Shown in pieces: positions 23,671 through 35,644 of a stretch of DNA of 64,000 nt. The first letter of the stretch is position 1, and each line of letters begins with the position of its first letter. The DNA lies in the NCBI RefSeq assembly GCF_030028105.1, contig NC_092379.1:44564150-44628149 (forward strand), written 5' to 3'. Both the position numbers and the translations under genes were made by a program. Source of the stretch: Mobula birostris (lineage: Eukaryota). The notes below the pieces were generated by a model. That model was given only the letters and a program-made list of their open reading frames with translations, was not told where the DNA came from and searched no databases.

Positions 23671-24109
23671 GAATCTTCCTCCTTGCCCTCCAAACTCCCT
23701 AACATATTTATGCATGCAGCACTGTCTCTGAGTCCAAATCCTTCCCCTTTGGTAAATACTGAAGCAAAGTATTTATGATGTATTTCACTCATATTCTGCA
23801 CATCCAAGCAAATGATTCTCTTTTTATCCTTGAGGTGTCCTACCCTCTCACAAGTTACCTTGAGATTCACCTTAATTCTACTTGCCAATGACTTTTCATG
23901 GCCCCTCTTGGCTTTCATAAATTTCCTTTTTCAGTTCATTTTCTGAAATCAGTATAACTTTCATATATTCCATTTGATCCTAACTTCCAAAACTTGACAT
24001 ACTTTTCCTTTTCCTTCTTGACTAAATTTATCACTTCTGTGGGCATCCAGGTTTCCCTTCTCTTTCCATCCCTGTCCCTCCCTCCAAGAGGAATATACCT
24101 TTCCTGTAC

Positions 24110-24345
24110 TTTACGTTTATACTTTATACTTTATTATCGCCAAACAATTGATACTAGAGTGTACAATCATCACAGCAATATTTGATTCTGCTCTTCGTCC
24201 TCCCTGGAGTGCAAATCGATAGTAAATATTAAAAATTTAAATTATAAATCATAAGTAGAAAATAGAAAAGGGAAAGTAAGGTAGTGCAAAAAAACCGAGA
24301 GGCAGGTCCGGATATTTGGAGGGTAGGGCCCAGATCCGGATCCAC
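24110..24345 (-). mobile_element. LINE 3' end, same family as 18545-19090
   Basis: Near-identical reverse complement of ~18855-19090 including the tail. Confidence 0.8.
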
Positions 24346-25165
24346 AGAGATCAATTGCAAAGAGATGTACTCTGTGCAATTGATCTTTAAGCACTTTCCC
24401 CATGTCTGATATGGATTTTCCAGAAGAAAAGTTATTTCCAATTAACCCTTCTGAGTCCCTGCATAATGCCCTCATAATTTGCCTTCTCCAATTAAAATTA
24501 TCCCATCCTCATCTATAACTATCTTGAAAGTGAGGGAGTTGTGGTCTCTGTCAGCTAACTGCTCACCCAGTGAGAGGGCAGTCACCTGAATAGACTCATT
24601 ACCCAACACTAGGTTGTAGTACAATCCCATTAGTTAGATTGCACCCTTCCTGTTCTTGCGTTCTACCCAAATGGACTCAACGTTTGAACCCTCCTCTAGT
24701 TCTCCCTTGAGTGCAGCTGTAATATTGTCCCCGACTGGTAGTCCAACTCACTCCTCTCTTACCTCCTTCTCTATCTTTTCAAAAACTTCAAAAGCCTGGT
24801 AGATTAATCACGCAGAAATTACTACCTTCTCTTCACCCTATTTCCTGTCTCTATATGCTCAGTCTGTAGAACCTCATCCTCTTTTTTGGCAATGACATTG
24901 TTGCCATTATGCACCACGAGCTTTGGCTGTTCACTCTTCCCCTTGAGAATATCCTGCAGCCACCCTGATACATCTGGACCCTAGCACCCGGGAGGCAACA
25001 CAGCATCCTGGAGTCTTTATTGTGTGCACAGTATCTCCTGTTTGTACCACTAACTATCAAGTTCCCAATCACTAAAGCACTGCATGAGTTTACGTTTCCC
25101 TGCCACAAAGGAACCACCAGGGTTTCAAAATCTCATTTATAACTTAAAAAAAAATAATTGAATCA

Positions 25166-25706
25166 CTACTACTACTACTACGTCAACTCAGGCCTAGGGG
25201 GCCTGCGTCGGGCACTTCTCCCTCTCCCTCATCAGTCTGTTCAGTTCATCTACACTAGCTGCGCCGCTGTCTTCTCGGAACGTGTTGGCCATAGTCTTGG
25301 GAGGGTGCCCAGGGTTCATCCTCCCGTGCTTGGGCTCCCATATGATGACTAGGCTGGCAGATAGCTTGGGGTGGCGTAGACAGTACCCCGCTAGTTCCAG
25401 TCTTCTCGCCTCGATTTTAGTGGTGACCATCGGTAGGTTGTTATAGAGCTCGAGGTTCATCATGTGCTGTTGCCAACTCACGTCAAGAGCCATCCGGAGC
25501 ATTCGTGTATCGCAACCATCTAGAGACTTTCACATCGTCTTGGTGAGTGTCCACGTCTCGCATCCGTACGTGAGAATGGACTTTATAACTGCAATGAAAA
25601 TCCTCTTTTTCAGCCCTCTGGTCAGGTTCGACTTCCAGATTTCCTTCATGTCGTTCGCAGCCCTGCATGCCAGTGCCTTCCATGTCTTTATGTCTTTCTT
25701 TATGTC
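25166..25706 (-). mobile_element. 5'-truncated RTE-clade LINE with (TAG)n tail and 9-bp TSD
   Basis: MLRMALDVSWQQHMMNLELY..LP..TTKIEARRLELAGYCLRH; (GTA)n tail; TSD ATTGAATCA at 25157-25165 and 25707-25715. Confidence 0.85.
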
Positions 25707-26934
25707 ATTGAATCAGGTACAGGCAAACGTTACCAAAATTTTTGGTGGACTCGTGCTGACTGGCGAATAGTCGGTGACTGCATTGGTTTCCTTCCAGAGA
25801 CTAAAGGCGAGTTGGATGGTCCGTTCACTGGCCACAAGGTACTGTCCTTCGTGTACCTGGGAAACAGGAGGAAAGTGGCGATATGAGGTAATGCAGTTAC
25901 TGTGGATATGGTCAGGACCAAACCAATAACAGTTATCTCCTGCAGAGACAGAGCCCAAGTTCACGGTCAGAATGCGAAGTTCGGTCTAGGATGAAGAGCA
26001 GTGAGAGCTAGTGCCTGATTCCGGGAGCAAATCTCAGCGATCCCAGGACCAGTGTAGTTGTCAAATTGTGTCTGGTTGGGAATATTTTACTGTACATTTG
26101 CAAATTGCGGTATTGCCATTGTGTGCTGTTCTGGGTCTGGGGAGGAGCTCTGAGTGGAACTGCAATTATACCTTATTGCAGACCGCACTGGTTTCCTTCC
26201 AGAGATCAAAGGCAAGATAGAGGGTGTGTTCACTGGCCACAAGTTACTGATATTTGTGTATATGGGTGACAGAAAGAAAGAGGCCTCTTTCCTAATTCTA
26301 TACACTCAGTATGTAGGATCTCTTCTCAGTTTTTGACAATGACATTGGTGCCAATTTGCAACAGGACCTCTGGCTTTTCACCCTTCCTCTTGACAATATC
26401 CTACAGCCGCACCTCTACACCCTGGACTCCAGCACCAGGGAGGCAACACACCATCCTTGTGTTTATTTTGCTGCCACAGAATCTCCTGCCTGTCCCCACT
26501 AAGTACTGAGTCTCCTGTCACTACCACGCTGCCTGACTTTTACTTTCCCTGCCACAGGGGAACCACCAGGATTCCTTCGTCTCGCTTTTAACTTCAAGAA
26601 TTCATAGAATCAGGTACATGCAAAAGTTTCCAAAAAGTGTTAGTGGACTCAGGCTGACTGTTTGAGAACCTCGCTTAAAAACTGCTACACTCTTGATATT
26701 GAAGATCACGGAGGTATTGTCTACAGGCCAAGTGTTGCATGGAGCACATAGAAGGTGACCGCACTGATTTCCTTCCAGAGTCCAAAGGCGAGCTGGATGG
26801 TGCAGACATTGGGTGTAGGACACTGTTGCTTGTGTACATGGATGACATTTATATATGGAATACATAAAAAAAAATAGTACCCCTGTAATACATTTAAACC
26901 ATAGGGCATATGCAAACATGAGAGCTATAGTCAA

Positions 26935-28005
26935 GTGGGAAATTGTGATTGCCAAAGACAGGTTGAGAAGGATATTCCTGATAATGATAACATTAATCCC
27001 AAGAGACTTTGTCAGTACTTTAGCCGCAAAAGAAACGTTAAGTGGGAAGTTAATTGTATTTGGAATAACAGTAGGGTATTAAATTATGCAGAGAAGGACA
27101 TAACAGATACTCTCAACTCTTATTTTGCTGAAGTGCTCACCTGCAAAGATGTTAGCAATACACCTGTAAGTTTAGAGAAAAATAAAGTTCCTTAAAGTGA
27201 CTCAGAGATCTTAGAAAGTGAAAAGCCTGAAAGTTATTAAATCTCAGTGTCAGACAACATATATCCAAGGGTACTTAAACTAGTCTATGATTGAAAATAC
27301 AAAGGCCTAACAAGAATTATTCAAAATTCTCTTAAGATTGGTAAAATCCTGAAGGTCTTGAAATAGGCTAACATTTTACTGGTATGTAAGAAGGGTGACT
27401 GCGCTGACCCTTGTAACTATGGACCAGTAAATTTAACGTGTATTGTGGGTAAGATAAGGGAAACATTAATAAAGAACGAGTTGTAAAATCATCTGATAAG
27501 AACAGGCATGCAGCTAGTGGGAGTATAGTATCCTTGTCAGGTTGACTGCCAGTAACTAGTGATGATCCGCAGGGGTCGGTGTTGGGACCAATTCTTTTTA
27601 TGCTGTATATAATGATTTAGATGATGAAATAGATGTCTTTGTTGCCAAGTTTGCAGATGATACAAAGATTGGCAGAGTGGCAGGTAGTGTTGAGGAAACA
27701 GGTAGGATGCAGAAGGACGTAAAAGGATGCAGAAGGACTTAGGCAGATTAGGAGAATGGGCACGAAAGTTGGCAAATGAAATATAATGTTAGAAAAGGCA
27801 CGGTCATGTACTTTGGTAGTTGAAATAGATGTGCGAACTATTTTCCATATGGGGAGAAAATCCAAAAATCAGAGATGCAAAAGGACTTGGGAATCCTTGT
27901 GCAGAACATCCTAAGGGTTAACTTGCAGATTGAATTGGTGGTGAGGAAGACAAATGCAATGTTAGCATTCATTTCAAGAGGTCGAGAGTACAAGAGCAGG
28001 AATGT
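26935..28005 (+). mobile_element. CR1 LINE ORF2 fragments
   Basis: LNSYFAEV, NYGPVNLT, PQGSVLGP and KFADDTK motifs. Confidence 0.8.
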
Positions 28006-29555
28006 GAAACATCCACTGCACCTCTTCCTATAGATGCTGCCTGGCCTGCTGTGTTCACCAGCAATGTTTATGTGTGTTGCTCATTATTTTGCCGACTGAA
28101 ATATTTCTCAATTTCTTTTGACATTTGAGATACCCATTAAAGACTATTAGATCAGCAACATCACACACAAAATGCTGGAGGAACTTGGATTTCCAGCATT
28201 TGCAGATTTTCTCGTGTTTATACAATCTACGCAGTTTTATCTCCTGCATCCATTCATCTGCCTATTTTGAGTACTGTATTTATTCCTGTAGCCGGTTTGC
28301 CTCTTCCTTTGCAGACTGAAATATTTCTTCTCAATTTCTTTTGTCCTTTGACAAGATTTGAGATGCCCATTAAAGACTGCTACATCATACAAAATGCTGG
28401 AGGAATCGGCCAATTTCTGTTGGACTGAGCGGGTTGAGCAGTTTGTAATCAACAAGGGGATGTTTGTCTCTCCGTATTTTTGGTCTTGTAGGAGCTGCAC
28501 TGCATTTGCAAATATCGTGTTTATAAGGGTGATTCATCAATTGATTGTCTGCATTTTTATGTGAGCAGTTTTAAAGTTAGGTGCAACAATAAAGCATTGA
28601 CTGATAGTAACACTTTAGCAAATGTGAGGAGTTCTGTGTTGAAAGAAGAAACAGTTATGGATATTTAAAAAAAAAGTCTACAATATGACTATATGCAAAG
28701 CAGAAAGAAATCGTTGCTAAGCCAATGAATAAGATGTGGTGCTTCATCGTTATCAATACTGTAAAATATATTCTATTACATCTACATCTGACTCTGTTAC
28801 AGACATCTGACTACGGCATCGAGTTTGCTGCTCGATGTTGAACCACTCTCCCGTTTCTCTGTGATGGACTCAACGGGAGGCATCATGTCTGACTGTGAGG
28901 TTGTGTCAGACTGCGCTGTATCTGTTGGAATCAGTCAATGTTCTGATCTAAAGTCAGTGAGGTGGTAAATGCTGGAATAGGGAACAAACTCGGGGAATGC
29001 TGGCAACACTAAGCCCCAAGCAGCTTGTGTGGAAAGAAAAACCAGTTAACACTCATGTCAGGGGTGTCTCTGAGAACAGTTCTGAGGAGAGATACTTTAA
29101 CTGTATTCCCACATGTTCTGGTTTACCTGTATCAGTGTTTCCAGCATTTCCTCTTTTGTTCCGTCCTTCGGGGGATCGCCATGGAAGTTGATGATTGTCT
29201 GATGGAAGAATCCTGCCATCAGCGTCCGGATTTATTCATTTCATCCAGACGAGATGCAGAAGGTGCCGGTAGAAAATGTTCCATCCAGTATTGACTCTCA
29301 GGAGGTAGCTACTCAGTTTTAGATTTACGCTGCCACTTCGCATTCCGCTCATCAGTAAGGAATCCGTATCCAGATGATATTGAATTTATTTTACTGTGTA
29401 AACTCATTCTCTGTCCCGCCAGTTCTGCGCCCTCTCTCGACCCTCTCACCGCTAAATGCAACAATAAAGTGGAAATATTACAGGACCCCCTCAAGCTGCA
29501 GCATCGGTTTCTGCTCAGTATTTTCTCAACTTGCTGTTCCCTGTCTCTCTTCCAG

Positions 29556-30456
29556 CGAACTTGGTGGCAATTGTGATCCTGTCCCTGGAGAAGTGCGGTC
29601 TCTCCAAATGTGTCACTCATTACCTGGTGGGAATGGCAGCGGCTGATCTCCTGGTCGTTATCTCCGATCCGTTGCTGAGGGGAACTGCTGTGATTTATTT
29701 TCCCCGATCATTCCTGCGAACCACTCCTGTGTGCAGACTTGGTCTATGGTTGATTTTTGCGAGCACCGCTGCCTCAGTCTGGCGGACTGTCGCTTTCACC
29801 GTCGATCGATTTGTGGCTATTTGCGGTGAGGAGCTGAAAACAAAATATTGCACGGAGAGAACGGCGGCTGTGGTTATCGGGACAATGATTATGCTGGCCT
29901 GTTTGGAGACTGTCCCCTGGGGCTTTATATCCGGGCCTGGAGAAATAATTGATGGTGTTCCCTGGGAATGAGTCCTTACACAGAGCTTCACAAACTCTCC
30001 CTCATGGGCCGCATTTGACATGTTTGACCTCATCTTAACCCTTGTGTCCCAATCTTTCTGATGTTGCTATTCAATATTCTGACTGTCAGGTGGATTCTAG
30101 TGGCCAGTCGAGCCCGCAGGAGGCTCCGGGGACAAAAGAGTAGAGAGAATGACAAGGACTGGGTGATGGAGAACCGACGCAAATCCATCGTTTTGCTCTT
30201 CAGCATAACCAGTAGTTTCATATTGTTGTGGGGAACATACGTGGTATTTTCTATCTGTAAATGGATTTCAATGAGTTTTGTTTATTCTGCCACGGATCCC
30301 TGTTACATCACACAACATACATCAGAAATGCTGCAGATTCTCATTTCCTGCACCAACACGTGTATTTATGTCCTGACTCAGAGCAAGTTCCGAGAGGAAC
30401 TAAAGAATGCGGTGAAATACCTACCGAATCGGATTTTGAAACTCATGAAACATTAG
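29556..30456 (+). pseudogene. GPR139/GPR142-like class A GPCR main exon, disabled
   Basis: ctctcttccag| ANLVAIVILS..KCGLSKC..YLVGMAAADLL, FTVDRFVAIC, KTKYCTERTA, ENRRKSIVLL, SCTNTCIYVLTQSKFREEL. In-frame TGA at 29969-29971 and a -1 frameshift near 30040. Upstream exon not identified. Confidence 0.88.
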
Positions 30457-30892
30457 AAATAAATGCTGTAAAGTTTTACAATTCAGCTGCCTCAGCAGGC
30501 CAGGCAGTATGTATGGAAAAGAGTAAATTGTCAACGTTTCGGGCCGAACCACTTCATTAGCTTCCTGTCAACTGTTTACTCTTTTCTATTTTGTGTGTGT
30601 TGCTTAGAGTGACAAGACAGCTGTTTACAGCTGAGCCCGACAGCATCACTGGCCTCACCGTTCCAGAGAAATCCCTTTTGCGCCTCACGTCCGGCCCTGT
30701 TAAACTGAAGCTTGAGCAATCCGGTTTCCACTGTTCCCCGGTTCTGACAGAATTGCCTGATCTTGGAGCATAGTTTCGTCCCTATCAATCACTCTTGCTC
30801 CTGTTAAAACCCGTCCTTTTCTTCACCCTCTTCCCCCCTCCTTCTTTACCTGTAGGTTATCTTTCTCACTGCCATCTTGAACAACCTTCCTG

Positions 30893-32323
30893 TGTTACGT
30901 ACCCCGTAACTGGGTTGCCAAACCAGCAGAAATGGATCACTCAGTTGGAGTCTGGATTACTGGAACTAAGAAAGTTTTATTAAAGAAATAAGCAACACAG
31001 TACTCTAATAGTAAGGATATAAATGCAACAGGTTAGCAATGAATAAACACACTTGTACACAGAACTAGGATAATAGGGTCAATCAAGCTCTATCGCAGTC
31101 TAGGGGTAAAATGATCAATCACAAGTGACAGAGTTCAATTTAGTTCAGTTCGCANNNNNNNNNNNNNNNNNNNNNNNNNNNNNNNNNNNNNNNNNNNNNN
31201 NNNNNNNNNNNNNNNNNNNNNNNNNNNNNNNNNNNNNNNNNNNNNNNNNNNNNNNNNNNNNNNNNNNNNNNNNNNNNNNNNNNNNNNNNNNNNNNNNNNN
31301 NNNNNNNNNNNNNNNNNNNNNNNNNNNNNNNNNNNNNNNNNNNNNNNNNNNNNNNNNNNNNNNNNNNNNNNNNNNNNNNNNNNNNNNNNNNNNNNNNNNN
31401 NNNNNNNNNNNNNNNNNNNNNNNNNNNNNNNNNNNNNNNNNNNNNNNNNNNNNNNNNNNNNNNNNNNNNNNNNNNNNNNNNNNNNNNNNNNNNNNNNNNN
31501 NNNNNNNNNNNNNNNNNNNNNNNNNNNNNNNNNNNNNNNNNNNNNNNNNNNNNNNNNNNNNNNNNNNNNNNNNNNNNNNNNNNNNNNNNNNNNNNNNNNN
31601 NNNNNNNNNNNNNNNNNNNNNNNNNNNNNNNNNNNNNNNNNNNNNNNNNNNNNNNNNNNNNNNNNNNNNNNNNNNNNNNNNNNNNNNNNNNNNNNNNNNN
31701 NNNNNNNNNNNNNNNNNNNNNNNNNNNNNNNNNAAATCGGATTCCAAACAGACCTTCGATATTCCTCGCAGTTAGCTTTCAGGCGAGCCCTTTGTAATGT
31801 TTTCTGAGGTCACCGACTGTGACCCCTCCGTTCCAGATACGATCGTTCTTCTGCGGTGAACCCGGCATCCAGGCAAGGGTGGACACACACACCAGGTTCC
31901 CGCCGATCCATACCTTTCCACCCTGTGCGTCTATGGCTGGTCCCGCGACCAGCCCTCCAAAACTCCCACCGACTTGTGGGGGCGCACCGCTTCCAGGGTC
32001 TCGTTACCTCGTGGTGTCGTGAGTGGTGTCTGTTGCCTTAGCGAACCTGTCCCTTTTTATCCCCCGTTGGGGTATCGCCTGTCCATCAGACTTCAAACAG
32101 TTTCGGGTTCAAAGCGGCCGGTCTTGACAATACTCAGACCGGTGTCTCCTTCCGTTAAACTCTCTCGTCTCTTCATTAACATTTCCAAATGCTGCTCCAT
32201 TGTCTTATTTATCTCTCTCTCTCCTGAAGACAGGTGGCAGATCAACTGATGATCCCACTGGTGCTAGCACAGGACAGTTAACATCTTAGTCTATGTGTAC
32301 TTTTGTAACCCTCTTTTGTCACA
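30893..32323 (-). mobile_element. LTR (solo or collapsed element) spanning an assembly gap
   Basis: TGT...ACA termini; 4-bp TSD CCTG at 30889-30892 and 32324-32327; minus-strand GATAAAAAG near 32055 and AATAAA near 30978. Confidence 0.75.
31155..31733. other. Assembly gap (579 N)
   Basis: Run of N. Confidence 1.
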
Positions 32324-32389
32324 CCTGTAAGAGAATTTTCCTGTTTTACAACTGAAGACAAAGTACCGTCGCGTTCACTTGTCTCTCTG

Positions 32390-32494
32390 TGATAGATAGA
32401 GAGATAGAGAAAGTGAGCGCGACCGGGAGACAGCGCGAGGCTGAGGGCGCGAATGAGAGAGCGAATGAGACATCGCGAGCGGAGACAGAGTGGG

Positions 32495-32545
<51 letters not shown>

Positions 32546-32840
32546 GAGAGATAGTGAGTGTATAGAGAGAGCGAATGCGACATCGTGAAGGAGTGAGCAC
32601 CAGGGTTGAGGGCGCAAAGGAGAGAGTGAATAGGACATCGCGAGAATGAGGACTCGTGGAATTTGGTGTGAGGTAGAGGGCGCGAGGGAGAGGGCACGAG
32701 GGTTACGGGCGCGAGGCAGATGATGCGAGGGTGAGCGCGAGAGAGAGGGCGTGTGGGAGAGACAGAGAAAGATAGAATAAGAGAGAGAGATAGTGAAGCC
32801 ATTGAGACATGGTGAGTGAGACAGGGAGATAGAGAGAGGG
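32390..32840. repeat. Purine-rich low-complexity tract with a (GA)n microsatellite at ~32498-32532
   Basis: Direct reading. Confidence 0.9.
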
Positions 32841-33289
32841 AAGAGGCTGCATTATATTGTCGGATCTGTGTTTCCCCTCCATCACTGAGATTGGCTTGTT
32901 TAGCAAATGATAAGTATTATTTTGAATTATGTACTGCTGCTACTGTAGAATTTTGTTTTTCTTTCTGTATTAAAATCGTTCGAGTTCTAACAAAGTGTTT
33001 TGTTTCAACACGTGTGCAGGCTCCTTTGTTTGCGAATGCGTAAATCAATACCGTTAACTGAATCAAAAAAAAAACATACAGTGAATGAATTTCAAAACAA
33101 TTTTCATTACAAAGAGGCTATTTGAAGGCACATGAATATACAGAGATTGAATGCAAAGAATCACATGCAGCAATCAGGTTAGCCGAGGTGGGGGTACGGG
33201 GTAGGGGGTGGTGGTAATAAACAGGAGTATCTGTGGAAATGAGTGAGATTGCAGTAAGTTGCATTACCTCCATCATGCCAAGGACAAGG

Positions 33290-34990
33290 ATGTCTCTGAG
33301 AAGGTACAGGCCATTCTGAAAGGGCAGGGCGAGCAGCCAGAGAGTCCTTATTAGAACCAACAACAGAAGGACAAGGTTCTGCAAAGGGTATTCAGAGGGT
33401 TAAGAATTAGGAATGCTGGGGTGGTGATTTCAGGATTTCTTCAGTTGCCACATGCTTGCGAGGTAAGTTATGGTAATTTAGTACACTTAAATGAGTGGCT
33501 AACAATCTGGTGCAGGGGGGAATGCATCAGGAACACAGATCACTGGGCTCTCTTGCAGAATAAGTGGGGTTGGTGTAAGGAGGATGGGTTACAGTGAAGG
33601 GAAACTAACACTCACACAGGGAATCTTGCTGGAGCCACCCTGAGGATTTTTATCACGTGCCATGTGGAGGGCGTGTTTGGATCCAGAGCCACGGGTTAGT
33701 AAGTAGCATTGAGCGGAAGGTAGAGGTGAGGTCAAAGAACCCCCAGAAGAAGTAATGATAGGGCCACATTATTGAGCAGAGTGGCACCAAAAGGCAAAAG
33801 TGAGTTTATTTCAGAGTAGAGTGCAGAACAGTGAAAGCAGGTGTACTTAGAGCCTGGATTAGGCATGTCACGGTGATTCATCCATTACAGAGATCTGGTT
33901 GAGAGAGGGGCAGGACTGGTATCTGAGCATTCCGGGATTTTTATGATTCAGACAGTCCACAGGGTGCACAAAGAGGTTGGGGAGCTGTACTGCTGATCAG
34001 ACAGAATGTCACAAGTTTGAGGTCATCCCAGAGGCTCATCCAATAAGACAATGTGGGTAGAGTTCAGGAATAAGAAAGGTGCAATCACTGTGATGGGGTT
34101 ATACTGTAGACCTTACAACAGCCAGTAAGAGAGAGGAAAAGATGAGTCAGCAGGTTATGGGCTGATGTGAAAACAATAGAGTAGCTGTAGTGGGTGAATA
34201 ATCTTCTCTGAATGACAGGGACTCCTTTACCACCTGAGGTTTGGGCGGGACATTATTTGTGAGGTATGTTCAGGAAGGTTTCCAGAGAAAGTGTATAGAT
34301 TGTCCGCCAGGGAGGGGGCATATTTGGCGTAGTATTGGGAAATGAGCCTAGCAAGATGATTGGAGATTCATTGGGAAAAAAATTAAGGATGATAATGCAG
34401 AAAGTTTTAAGATGATTATTGATAAGGATAAAAAATGGACTTGCAGTGGATAGATGTAAGTTTGTGGAAGTTTAATTGCAGCATAATTGGACATGAATCA
34501 CAGACAGTAGTCTCCGAGCTGATGTTACTGGATGGAGCTAATGTTAAGTGATGCCTGACAAGCGAGCATCACTTACAGTCCAGCCAGCCAGAATTCGGGA
34601 GTTCCCTGTCTCTGTGAGGAAGCTGGAGAAAGACAGGGACACTCGGGAACTGAGGGTGATGAGAATTTGTTTAAAAATGCAAGAGGAGTCATGTGTAAGG
34701 TTGAGGAAGATGAAATTAGACAGGGTCTTTGAGGGCCATACCAGAAGCAAGAAACAAGCCACACTGTGAATCAGGAGAGCGAACAGTGACCAGAAAATGA
34801 ATACATTGAGTTTATGCCTGGAGCCAGAGTTAGCATGCGAGGTAGAAGATGAACACATTGCATTGGTGTTCACTAAGGAGAAGGATATGGAGGACAGCGT
34901 GGTCAGAAATGGGGTATGGTGATATCCCCTGGCATGTTGATACTAAAGAGGAGATGCTGTTGGGACTCTCAGACCATTTAGATGGGTAAA
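33290..34990 (+). mobile_element. Old CR1 ORF1 (esterase) and ORF2 (endonuclease) region
   Basis: Degenerate homolog of 38200-39400 (WVEFRNKKGAIT.MG, VLGNEP, VFTKEKD). Confidence 0.7.
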
Positions 34991-35644
34991 TCCTGTGGGT
35001 TATTTAGTGCTTTGGGATACACAGACCACATGCTGTTAAATATGATGTTTAAACTGCTGGCACTGTACTGTAAGGAGACAGATCTTAACAATATCTGGCC
35101 CGTACTGCAAGGGGAAGGGGAGAGTCTGTCTCTGGTATAAACATGCCCTGCATATGTGACTGCTCAAGAAAGGCAGCAGTTGAATACAGGGACAGTGAAC
35201 TTTACAATATTGAGACCTTCACTACCAGGACACAGGCCTATAATACTCACAGGACTGTGCAGTGAGCACACGGACCTGTACATACCCAGCACTGCACTCT
35301 ACCATTAAACCCTTGTACAACACAGGCATTTCAAGGACAGTCACCTGTACAACCCTGATAGTGGACTGCTATTCACAGACACTATCTATCCCCACCCTCC
35401 CACTGAGCATCTCTCAGGATGTAACAGAGAGTTGATAAAGTAGAACCTTGAATTATGTGTGCTTCAATTTCCAAAAGTTTTGGAAATGCCACCGGCAGAA
35501 AGAGAAACATGGTTGTAGGCAGGTTATGGAAAGTTGTAAAAGCAACTGAGTAATGTGTGACTGTAATTTCCCCAAAATTGACAGATTATCTTAGTGCAGA
35601 ATTTTTGCAGATTTAGGAATTTCATCTAATACTTTGATAATGTT

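Noticed and set aside
26820-26860. VYMDD as a reverse-transcriptase motif
   Set aside because: The sister copies read VYLGN and VYMGD, and no other RT motifs are present.
31125-31775. ORFs of 200-216 aa
   Set aside because: They consist almost entirely of the N gap.
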